From: Octopus bimaculoides
Taxonomy: Eukaryota
Reading direction: 5' to 3'
Length of the DNA stretch: 34,902 bases
Assembly (NCBI RefSeq): GCF_001194135.2
Contig: NC_068992.1
Location: forward strand, 19,291,649-19,326,550
Made by a program: the position numbers and the translations under genes. Every line of letters begins with the position of its first letter. Position 1 is the first letter of the stretch. This document shows, piece by piece, positions 11,737 through 22,249 of this stretch. The notes under the pieces were generated by a model. The model saw only the letters and a list, made by a program, of their open reading frames with translations. It was not told the origin of the DNA and searched no databases.

Positions 11737-13440
11737 TTTCTTTATTTGGCACACAGGCCACGACACAGAGGGGGACGGCACAAGGACAGACAGAACACCA
11801 CAGGGGAGACAAAATACATAAAACGAATGAATGATAGATGGATGATAATTTAATGAGGATGTGATGGCTGCTTGAACACCACTCTCAAGCAGTACCATTT
11901 AACTGTTTTAATACAAGGTTCTTATATATTTTTCTCTTTTTCCTTTTAGAATCGTATGTGTAGTTTAAAATTACTTTAAAGCTTACTCACGATCTACCAT
12001 TTTTTATATGACAATAAGTCGTCGTAATCTATAACTGGCAGTAGGTCGTCAAACTCTACCCCAACCCCACTGGGTCTGTTTTGTTTGTAAACCATTTCTT
12101 CAATTTCTCATATCTATCTCTGTCTTCGCTTGTAATTTAACTCCTATCACCGATTTAAATTTGGTGACTTTTCCCTCTATATCTGTGTTCCTTGTATATA
12201 TTACCCTATGCCATTCGTCTTTTACGGGTCCCTCGACTGCTCGTTCCCGCGGTGTAATTACGTTGTCTGTGATGGTTTCCCTTCTGTTTTCCTTCTTTGT
12301 TGATGCTGGTGGAGATTGATGTAGTGAAAAATGTGTACAGTGTAGTATTTCACTCTCCTTCCCTCCTCCTTACTGGACACCTCTGAGGTGAGTTCACTAA
12401 CTCCTTTCTCCCTCTTTTGGCCACGTCCGTAAGATTCCTCCACCTCCCTCATGCCTTTCCAGGTCCACCACTTCGGCACTCTGCTCCTGTTAGCCTTCCC
12501 TGTTTTTAATGTCTCTTTGGGGACACTCCACTCCAACATGTCCCCGTTTGCCGCATTGGTAGCAAGTTGGAGGCCCTCCCTTCACCACCATTCTCAACCC
12601 TTCGGCAGCTCTGTGCATTCAGTAGCTCTGTGCATTCAGTAGCTTTGTACATTACGGCTGCCACCGTCCACGCTTCCCTGATTTCCGTTGGCACCCTGCC
12701 CACTCCCACTCTGGTGACCCGCTCGCCGCAGCAGGTAGGGAGGAGCACAGCGGAGCAGTTCACTGCACCCTGCTCGTTGGAAAATCTCACCTCCACCATG
12801 CCTCACTTTCCGCCTCTTGTATAGAATACTGTCAGGTTCCCAACTTCCCTCAAACACTCCTCAATTGCCTCTTCCGCAGCCATCTCTACTTTCTCTGTGA
12901 TTGCAGATAGAATTTTGCACACTACTGTTCCCTTCCTGGTACCGGCTGTCGCCCCTTGTGGACAGGCGATCCCCAAACTGGATCCCTCCCTCCGAATTAG
13001 CCTGTAGTACTCCTCCAGCTGCTGAACCACAACTCCCGGCATGTGCTGAGAACCATTTCACACTCCATTTTCTTTTCCTTTTTTCAGTCATTTCGCCCCA
13101 AAATGGGGAAGAAGACAAACTCAAAACTCAACAGGCCCGCTGGCAAAAACAGCAACGGTACCCAACAAATTCATCAAAACATGGCTCACCAGCACGGGGA
13201 GAACTTCCAATCGAAAAGGACACAGCAAAGCACGACGCGACTCACGTCAACCGGAATCAAAACTGATTCAACACTAACAAAATTGGGTCGGTGTCTGATA
13301 CTACTTACTGATTCTGTCCACTCTTTTATTTGTAGTGGACTAGCCCACTTCTCACCGGGGGTGTCCACCGCAACAAACCCCAAACCACGCACTAAGAACT
13401 CTGACCAGTTCCTCTTTACGTGCAAAATATTCCCTCTGTA
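11737..13440 (-). mobile_element. L1/Tx1-type non-LTR element with 5' UTR, frameshifted ORF1 and 3' UTR, lacking ORF2
   Basis: GC-rich ~1.7 kb block. ORF1 pieces from ~13091 to ~11950 (MPGVVVQQLEEYY..., VEVRFSNEQGA..., RVTRVGVGRVPTEIREAW...) include the zinc knuckle CYQCGKRGHVGVEC at 12523-12564. The 3' end reads ...gtgtgccAAATAAAGAAA. No endonuclease or RT motifs between ORF1 and the tail. Confidence 0.8.
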
Positions 13441-14179
13441 AACTTTATATCACTCGACATGTCTTTCCTGCAGGTGTTCTGAAAACATTTTAACGAGTTA
13501 TTTACGGCATGAAGGTCTCAGAGGACCTTATAAATCTCTTTGGCACTGCTCTTTCTTTTAGACTAAAAGAAATTAAAAAAATATTTATAATAATTCTCGC
13601 GAAAATCAATCTCACAATATTTTATACGTTATACATGACTATATCATGTAATCTCCATTTAAGCATGATCCTAAGCAAATTTTAATTTCTTTATAGAATT
13701 GGTTTTACAGATAATTTCCAACCGCTAAAATAAAATTTCTCGGCAGAAGTATATCTAAACTCTACTCAAACCATTAAATTACCAAGCACGATTCCACTTT
13801 GGGATTTTATTCTCGACTTCTTTTATATTATACCAATTAAATTCTTTCCTACCCTTTTTCACCATCCACTTTACTTTTCTTTCCTTTCTCGATCATTCTA
13901 CTTCACCTATCAACTAATTTCACTCCACTTCTTCACATTACTAAAATTTATTTGTACTACAAATCTAATTCTTTATTCGGTGTTTGTTAAGTCAGTTTGG
14001 ATGAAATTTAAAGTCGCTTTTATCTGTTTGTATATATATGTGTATTTGTATGCGTGAGTGTATATATGTCTGTGTATCTAGAAAGCAGTAAGCCTTTCTA
14101 GATTAGAATACTATTTTATTCTTAGTGCGGTTTCTGAATCAATCAACACTTGAAAGCCACACCAAATAACATCTTACAC

Positions 14180-14252
14180 GCGCCAAAGTTTTGGCGTCTA
14201 CGGAGCTGCTCATTCTGCTATAAAAAGCAATTACCTCGACTTCAAATCAAAC
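14180..14252 (+). promoter_or_regulatory. Candidate Pol II core promoter: palindromic double E2F-like site, TATA box, Inr-like TCA
   Basis: gcgccaaa (14180-14187, reverse complement TTTGGCGC) faces tttggcg (14190-14196); TATAAAAAG at 14219-14227; TCA with its A at 14249, 30 nt after the first T of the TATA box. Confidence 0.35.
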
Positions 14253-14900
14253 CCGAGCACCATAAAAATACGAGGACATTTTAGATGATGTGGATGGTCG
14301 ATATACGCTGCTTTAAAAAGAATGACGCACATTCACGGTTTGAATGTCTTGTATTTGTTTAATAAGCTTTGAGTTTGAGTTTAAGAAAAGAAAAGAAAAA
14401 TCGCCACACCATCACGCTCTCCGACCGTATCAACGGAATGTAACCTCTTGTTAAGGCGTTTACTTATTCCTGTTTTCTATTGTATTCTATATCATTGCTG
14501 CATAGAATTTTGCTTTTTCGTGCTGGAAAACTATAAACTCAATATATTTACATATTTCATTCAGCTCAACTGTATTGCCTCACTTCACATGCATGGTAGT
14601 AATATTTTAGCGGAATATTTCATCCGTCACCGAACATCATGAACATAATATGCACACTCTGCTTGAATTTCTTTTACAATCATCAATAAACATGACGCCA
14701 AGATGAACATCAACGATATTAGCTCAATTAAACCGAGATAGACAGAAAGGTTTATGGATGCAGATATTTTATTTGAGTTAATTGATAAATTGGATCTTGA
14801 CAAATCATCCATGATTGTTTAAGCACTCAATACAGAGGCAACAGTATTTTTTTTCACAATATCCCAGTACGTATATCCCATCATATTATCTGAGATTTAA

Positions 14901-15094
14901 GGTAGCGAGCTGGCAAAACCATTAGCACACCGGATAAGATGTTCAGCGATATTTCGTCCGTCTTTATTTTCTGAGTTCAAATTTGCTTCGGAGTCGACAA
15001 AACAAGTACCAGTTGAGTATAAAGGTCAATGTAATCGACTATGTTCCTCCGCCCGAACTTACTGACCTTGTACTAAAAGTTCAAATCAATAATA
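14901..15094 (+). mobile_element. tRNA-derived SINE with internal ~28-bp deletion
   Basis: A-box-like gctggcaaaaccattagc, B-box gagttcaaatt, core aagtaccagttgag...gtaatcgact; aligns with the other copies in the window. Confidence 0.9.
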
Positions 15095-15359
15095 TCTGCG
15101 TAGCATTACAACAATGAGAATTATATTACATTTGAGAATATAAACTACGATTATAGACAAATATAAACCCGTAACAGATTGGAACTTCTATATTAGGGCT
15201 TCTCAGGGTGGGCATATACCCCTACTGGTGGAGATGAGCAATAAAGTGGCGTGTGATGGAGCTTCAGAACAGAGATTAATATAAATAACGACTGAATAAA
15301 ACTTCCTATATATTATAAGTTCCTTTAAAGGTGCATGTTATATACTAAATTAATAAATT

Positions 15360-15552
15360 AGAGGGGACAAACAAGGACAGACAAAGGGATTAAGTCGATT
15401 ACATCGACCCCATTGCGTAACTTGTACTTAATTTATCGACCCCGAAACGATGAAAGGCAAAGTCGACCTCGGTGGAATTTGAACTCTGAACGTAGCGGCA
15501 GACGAAATGCCGCTATTGCACCCGGTGTGTTAACGTTTCTGCCAGCTCGCCG
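15360..15552 (-). mobile_element. tRNA-derived SINE, well preserved, with L1/Tx1-like tail
   Basis: Reverse complement cggcgagctggcagaaacgttaac...gagttcaaattccaccgaggtcgactttgcctttcatcgtttcggggtcgataaattaagtac...; tail tttgtctgtccttgtttgtcccctct. Confidence 0.95.
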
Positions 15553-16670
15553 TGACAAAGCTTCTTATCAAGCGAACTGCATCGCTTAGAAAAACAGAAA
15601 AAGGAAATTAAGGCAGCTTTACATTTGGCATGCCAGTCAGAAACTCCTGCGGGTTGCAGTTTGCCTATGACTTTTAAAAAGTATTGGTCGCTAAATGTTA
15701 TTTATCATTTGATATGAGCGGAAGATGCGTACGAGTCATCTGCATTAAATGTTATGCAAAGTGGTTTGCGTGGGAACAGAAAATATTGGTAATATTATAG
15801 CTGTATTCGAGGGTAACGTAAAGGCAGCTATTGCAATAGTTGAATCGAAATTAATGTGATTGGTGATATGATATCTGATAATTAAGAAGCTTATATTGTA
15901 ACAGAAATGTGGTTATCTAACGTGATAAATGATACATGTAAATTAATTTCTTATTTTACTCAGAATTTTTGTGAATATAGCATCGTTGGCTATAAGATTC
16001 TATCTGGATTAATCACTAGCGCATTGCATTTACATTGGTGATTAGGACGAAGTTTTGACTGAACAAATCAATAGAGGCAGATATTACAAATGATTTTCTC
16101 TCAAAAGTGTATTTCATTTGTAAGTACATATCGTTTACACACTCACACATACACATACATACGTACATATATGCTTACATGCGTAGATAAATACATCCTT
16201 TGGACTTATCATCAGAGGTGCATGGGGTTATGTAAAAACAAATGTTTACAAAACCTAGAAATACCAGTTTCACCAAGAAAGAGCACAAGAAAGCGATGCG
16301 GATTCAGTAAATGAAGAATTGTAAGACGTTCCACAATTTCTCTATATGAAATTCTTATGTGAATAGATGTACACGCTTGAGTTACGCATCGACAGTTCAA
16401 CCAACACACCAACTGAACCATATATTTATAAACACCAGGAAATCTTTTAATTCAAAAAGGCTTCTTGTTTTGTTAGATAGGCGTGAACACTCGCAAGAAG
16501 TAAAGTCATGCATAACAAGCTGCCCTTCTGCATACCGAAATACAACAGAAAGAAGACATCTATGGACATTCATAACAAGTTTGCAGATCCAGTACCCAAG
16601 ATACACTTTCAGTTTCATACCTAATATTACTAGTACAACATGATACAAAACAACCTGTCTGAAGCAAAAT

Positions 16671-16716
16671 ATGGCTAAGGTTGGTTTCTTGGAGACAGCG
16701 CTTGCTGTCTTAGGGT
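16671..16716 (+). CDS. Candidate first coding segment MAKVGFLETALAVLG (signal-peptide or anchor-like), product unknown
   Basis: AAT-ATG-G start context, upstream in-frame TGA at 16641, strong donor GGT|gtaagt, acceptors at 16476 or ~16611. No homology recognised. Confidence 0.35.
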
Positions 16717-16837
16717 GTAAGTAAATCAAAATTCTATATCCTGCAAGCGACCCTTAATAAAAGCCAGTTATATATAGTAATTGTGTTCCTGTAAAAGAAC
16801 TTGCATTACAATTAAAAATTCTTACCGAAGTAATTGA

Positions 16838-16980
16838 CCAACCAACCAACCAACCAACCAACCAACCAACCGACCAACTGGCCGACCAACCAGCCAACCA
16901 ACCAACCGACCAACTGGCCAACCAACCAACCAACCCACCAACCAACCAACCAACCAACCAACCAACCAGCCAGCCGACCA
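16838..16980 (+). repeat. Degenerate (CCAA)n array with a higher-order repeat
   Basis: ccgaccaactggcc occurs at 16870 and 16906 inside the array. Confidence 0.95.
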
Positions 16981-17217
16981 TCTGGAATGTCTCCCTCCTA
17001 GAAATTTAAACAATTCTCTTGTGAAGACATTTAACACTGAGCTAACATATGTCACTTAGCGTTTATTAGTCTACCTACTTCTACAAGTACCAATCCCCAC
17101 CGCCACCCCACTACCCTTACCACCACCACCACCACCACCACCAGCAACGTCATAATTTCAACCATCCATATCACGACCACTACAAATAAATTTACCCTGC
17201 GGCTGCTGCGACGCGGT

Positions 17218-17218
<1 letters not shown>

Positions 17219-17277
<59 letters not shown>
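17219..17277 (+). repeat. (CTA)n microsatellite
   Basis: Direct reading. Confidence 0.97.
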
Positions 17278-17278
<1 letters not shown>

Positions 17279-17389
17279 GAATCCTATCAGTTTGACTCCG
17301 GCTTATTTCGTCGATCTCTTAGGACCTACTGCTAAGCACTTAATTAATTTTTAGAACTCATACTGAGCGTTGCTCTATCCGTAAGTTAG

Positions 17390-17420
<31 letters not shown>

Positions 17421-19688
17421 CATACATACATACATACTTACATATATATACACATGCGCAAAAATATACCCACACGCATCCATATGTATATGTAACAAAA
17501 TATATAGATGTTTACCCACGCAAAAATGTCCCCTGCCACTCACGAATACACACACGTACACACATACGCGTACACGCACTCACACACACATTAACACAAG
17601 TTAGAGTCGTATGTGCTGAAATACAAAAAAAAAAGGGACATAACATGGTTTTACTAGAATGAAGCCATGCAAGGAATAAGTAAATAATATATAACGAAAA
17701 GAATAGAGTTTTCAATGCAATATTTCCTTTCGTTGTGTTTTTAACTGCTTAAACAGTTCTTTTTACGGCTTAATCGTATCCTAATCAAGGTGAACGGTAC
17801 TATATTGAAAGAATGTAAATTGTAATGCGAGCGTAGCACGCATTAATAGGGATAAGATCTTTATCTTGCCGCTCAGCACCTGGAGAATGAATCTCCAAGT
17901 CGATCTGCATCTGTTCAGTTTCGTTCTCGTGATGCGATTTTGTTCACGCAAGCGGATATATTATCTACGAGGAAGTGACGAGTAGTGTCACCTATCTACT
18001 CAGGAATGGACCAAGAAGCTAGTTGTATTAGTAGTAGTAGAGTTAGGGTTAGTAGTAGCAGCCACGTAGCCACAGGGGCAGGCGTAGGTGTAGGGGAATG
18101 TTTTTGTAGCGGTAGTGATAAGGATGCTAGTAAATATTTACTTCAGGCATATTCATGATCATCAAGCCATCGAGCGGGCAACGTCTGTTTTCTCGTTTCT
18201 TTTAGAAATAACTAGTTCCATTCGTTTGCAGGTTCATCTACTCCGAACACCTTCCGTACAATTGACTTGGCATTTGTAGCTGAGACTGTACATGCATACA
18301 CTACGTGTCCTTGTCTCTAGGATTAGCAATATTTCAAATAGTGAAACCAAGTGTAGTTCGCTTTTTTACAGGGTTAGCTTTTGTGCAGCTTGTATATTTG
18401 ATAATGCTTTAGTGCCTTCCTTCTGTAGCACATTTATGATTTTGCAAAGTACGAATAGATGAGTAACGCTGCTGTCGGGAGAGCGTAATCCGGAAGTCTA
18501 TAGAGTTTAAATGAAGTGCCCCAGAGACACTGGCCTGTAACTTGCCTTAAGTTTCGATGTAAATCAATGATTGATGATAAAACATGATATGCACAATTTT
18601 GTCCGGTGTTATTTGCTATTTTCACAGCTTTATCTTCCATGGTAACAATGTCGGTTTTCTGACGTTCTAACAATTTTACCTATCCCCTCACCTTTTCTTT
18701 GAGAAATATTATCGGAAATTTCTCTTCTCGGAACAAGTATTGGGGTATAAGCATGGACGTTTTCAAGGTTAAGAAGTCAAATATAAGAATGTCTCATGAT
18801 TGTCTATTTTCTAGAACTAGACTATGTTGAGGGTTAAGTTATCCGCGTCAATAAAGAAAGGATTACGTATCCGGTTAGTTATATTACATTCCATACCTAC
18901 CATAACGTTTTAGTTAAACACATTGGTAAGTATGATTTTTGGGATGTTTAGCTTGTTTTGTACAGAATTGTAGATATTTGCTATTACTAAATAAGTAATT
19001 AGGAAGTTAGTGTCGTTTTGTTATTGAGAATTACATTACGTTTATTACGAGACATTTGTGGTCTGACTTTAATACTAAATCTCCCTAATATTTTCGAATT
19101 GCCATTTTTCTAAGCCAATTGGTAATTAATGTGAGTCAGTATCAGAGACTTTTCTCTGAGAGAATACAAGATTTGCTACTTGGACGAGGAAAATGCAGCT
19201 GTTACAAAAGTTAAGTATATTTTGTAGAGCTAGTGTGAGACAACTTCATAAAATAATGATGTAGCTATTTAGGAATACACCATGTAAACAACATTTGTCA
19301 TCCATTCAAAAAGGATTTGTGCTTCCAAGTCAACTGAGGATGTTTTGAGGGTTAAAAATAGGGATAAACAATTTTCCAAATGATACTAGGTATGTAAATG
19401 CCATGTGTTTTTGTTAGTTCCCAATGCTTGGCATATTTTACATAGGTCTCTATTTTTTATTTCTTTCTAGATTTTAATTGTACTTGATTTGATAACTGTA
19501 TTTGATTTGATAACCTGTTTTCGATCCCAATCAGCAAGGTTTGTTTTGTGAATCGCAACGATAAAAGTCGTATACGATATTCTGAGAATACTGTCTCACG
19601 TCCAGATGTCTCTTCTTACATTCTCTTTTTCGGTTGTACGTTCCATGGGCTTTAGAATTAGGGTGCAATATGTACTGATTTTTAATAG

Positions 19689-19790
19689 ATTTATAATATT
19701 ATTATTGGATTTAAATCTATAACGTACAATTCAGGTAGCCCAGAGCACATTCACACATTCAATTCAGGCAACCCAGAGCCAAGTCGTACG
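19689..19790 (+). CDS. Candidate 102-bp phase 0-0 exon IYNIIIGFKSITYNSGSPEHIHTFNSGNPEPSRT
   Basis: Acceptor gatttttaatag, donor ACG|gtaaat, open frame, internal duplication with a frame-preserving 33-nt period. Confidence 0.3.
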
Positions 19791-20845
19791 GTAAATGTTT
19801 TTCAGTATATAGCTTTTATTATCGAGATAAGTTTAAATTTCATTGAGTAGCAAAATATTCATTTTGCATTCACGACTTTCGTTTCTCTATGCACAAATAT
19901 TCTGGAAATAAGGACTTCTGTATTCTCTTCCCCGCCCCTGAAGTTCTAAGTCATTTCATTAAAAACGAGACAACATACATTTTAGCATATTTAGTTTTGT
20001 GTTTTAATTAAGAAGAAATGGTGAATCAGCTTCGTTCTTTTTCTCTTTCTGTAGAATCCGAAATGAACATGCTTTAAAGATTACTGATTTCATTCGGAGC
20101 CAGAAATATTATCCTTTCAGTATTTCTCAGCAGATATTTTCGTGAAGTTGAAACTTGCAGATGTGATGTTTTGTTTTCTTTCAGCTATGAATTGTCTCCA
20201 ACTTTTCATTGCTGTTAATGTAGCTCACGATGCTGTCGTCATTTAATGTACCTCTCTTAAACGAGTCATAAAATATTGTATCGAAAACTTTCCTCTCTTC
20301 GATCCAGGCAAATGAAAGTTTATTTGTTATCATTGTCTGGCGTTATCCAGAGCCATATTTTTATTCGATATCGTATCACAGGATTCAACTATACACCCAC
20401 CTTTTTTTTACTGAAAAAATGAAATTCTTTTTATTGTACTTGTTCGATATTCGTGTTCTGAAGTATTTTAAGAAGCAGTTTATAAATTACTATCGAGTAT
20501 GTGTTGGAATATTGTTACATAAATTGTTCCTTTGTCTCTTCGTGAGAATCTTTGATATAAGAAAATAATCCACATTTTGGGACTGAAGTTTTTGAAAGGG
20601 TACTGGAAATCATTTTTGTGTGGCACTACGGTAGGTAAAATGATATACACCAATATTTTTAAAATAACAAATAACATTTTTCATTTTCGTAAAGGAGCTT
20701 CAAAAAAGATATTGTGCTGTTTCAGGATGATGTCTTTATTTGTTTTTCCCAATTTCAATCGAAGTGTCCTACCAGAATAGTTATGCAGTGTGCTTTTACT
20801 ATCCACATTCGTTTTCGCAATTGGTTTCCAAAATGTTTCTAATAT

Positions 20846-21060
20846 AATACTTCAAATTTTGGCTCAAGGCCATCAGGTTTTAATGGAAGGCGGGAGGCGG
20901 GAGTCGATTTCATCGACCCCAGCACTTGAAATGTTCTTCTTTAATTAACCCCAAAGTTTGAAATACAAAGTCGACCTCAGCAGAATTTGAACTCACAATA
21001 GACTTAATGCGGCTAAGCACTTTGCCCGGTGTGCTAAACATTCTACCAGCTCAGCGCCTT
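20846..21060 (-). mobile_element. tRNA-derived SINE
   Basis: Reverse complement aaggcgctgagctggtagaatgtttagcacaccggg...gagttcaaattctgctgaggtcgac...ggggtcgatgaaatcgac...ccaaaatttgaag. Confidence 0.9.
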
Positions 21061-21089
21061 AAAAGTTTCTGATATTCTTCGTTGAATAA

Positions 21090-21305
21090 AGCTGCCACCT
21101 GGCGGAATCGTTAGCTGGCCAGGCAAAATGGCTAGCGGCATTTCGTTTGTCTTAACGTTCTCAATTCAAATTCCAACGAGGTCGACTTCACCTTTCTACT
21201 TCTCGGACTAGATAAAAATCAGTACCAGTTGAGCACTGGGTTCGATGCACTCGACTAAACCCCTCCAACGAAATTACTGCTGTTGTGCCAAAATTGAAAC
21301 TAATT
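21090..21305 (+). mobile_element. tRNA-derived SINE
   Basis: ctggcggaatcgttagc...ttcaaattccaacgaggtcgac...gtaccagttgagcactgggttcgat...gtgccaaaattgaaac. Confidence 0.9.
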
Positions 21306-21981
21306 CTTCTTCAGTGGGTATTTAATCACTGCATATGATTTTATCGTGTATCGTACCTAAATTACTTTTACAATTTGTTTACGAAAGAGTAATTTTGAAA
21401 GCACACATTTTACTTTCTATCAATCATTTTCAGTCTCATGTTTTTAGCAATTTGTGTGTTTTCAGTCGTTCTTGTTCGTCGTTGTATGATGTTTTTAGTT
21501 ATTTACTCATCTGGAAGTGCTACATACATTCATCTGTGCCATTTTACTTGATTCTTTGTAGAATATACTTTGTAAAATATACTTTATATCATAATTTCCA
21601 TTTCTAACTGTCAATTCTCTTCCGTTATCTGCTGATATCTGTAACGATATCTTTTTTTTTAAATGTACATATTGTTTATAACTTTGTATATACAAGCATA
21701 TATAAAATAATCTAAGTCGATAACAGAATTAGATACCATAATGCGATTTATTGAGTTTCTTCTGTACGCTGATAGTGTTTATTAACAGAGGTTTTCTTAA
21801 ATGTACGCTAACAGTTATTGAAAATCAATTCGCTTGGTACGTATTTTAGCCACCTGATGGTATCGCTGATGTTTTTTTAAATTTTTTTATCTGATATGAA
21901 ATATTGGAAAATCCTAATAGCGTAATCCTAATCCACATTGTTATGTACATGTACATGGTTAATAAATTTAGTAATCTCTTC

Positions 21982-22180
21982 AAGGCGGTGAGCTGCCAGA
22001 ATCGTTAGCACTCCGGGCAAAATAGCAGGCAGCGTTTAGTCCGTCTATAAGTTCTGATTTCCAATCCAACCGAGGTCGACTTTTACTTTCATCTTTTAGA
22101 GGCCGATAAAATAAGTACCAGTTGAACAGAGGGATCAATATAATCCACTTATCCCCTCTCCAAAATTTGAAATCAATATT
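21982..22180 (+). mobile_element. tRNA-derived SINE with shortened tail
   Basis: aaggcggtgagctgccagaatcgttagcac...gaggtcgac...aataagtaccagttg...ccaaaatttgaaatcaatatt. Confidence 0.9.
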
Positions 22181-22249
22181 ACTAACCATATCATTGGGAT
22201 TACTTTCATTATTCCAGACAGCAATAAGATGACTATTACTATCCAATTT

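Noticed and set aside
12901-13441. 121- and 132-aa plus-strand ORFs
   Set aside because: Antisense to the GC-rich 5' UTR and ORF1 start of the L1-type element.
14627-14812. Hydrophobic 61-aa minus ORF
   Set aside because: No supporting splice sites or homology; expected by chance in AT-rich DNA.
16505-16545. CITSCPSAY as a furin-like repeat
   Set aside because: The following cysteines of the repeat are absent.
16754-17055. LVGW-repeat ORFs resembling a membrane protein
   Set aside because: Translation of the (CCAA)n/(TTGG)n array.
18044-18053. Telomeric TTAGGGTTAG
   Set aside because: Under two units inside a (TAG)n-rich low-complexity tract.
11200-19520. Short tandem duplications (ttttggagagttg x2 at ~11206; 17-mer x2 at 12607-12644; ttgatttgataac x2 at ~19485)
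   Set aside because: Ordinary slippage events; the one at 12607 simply frameshifts the decayed ORF1.
20056-20250. Two strong plus-strand acceptors (~20055, ~20184)
   Set aside because: No good donor before stop codons, and phases do not follow the 19689-19790 candidate.
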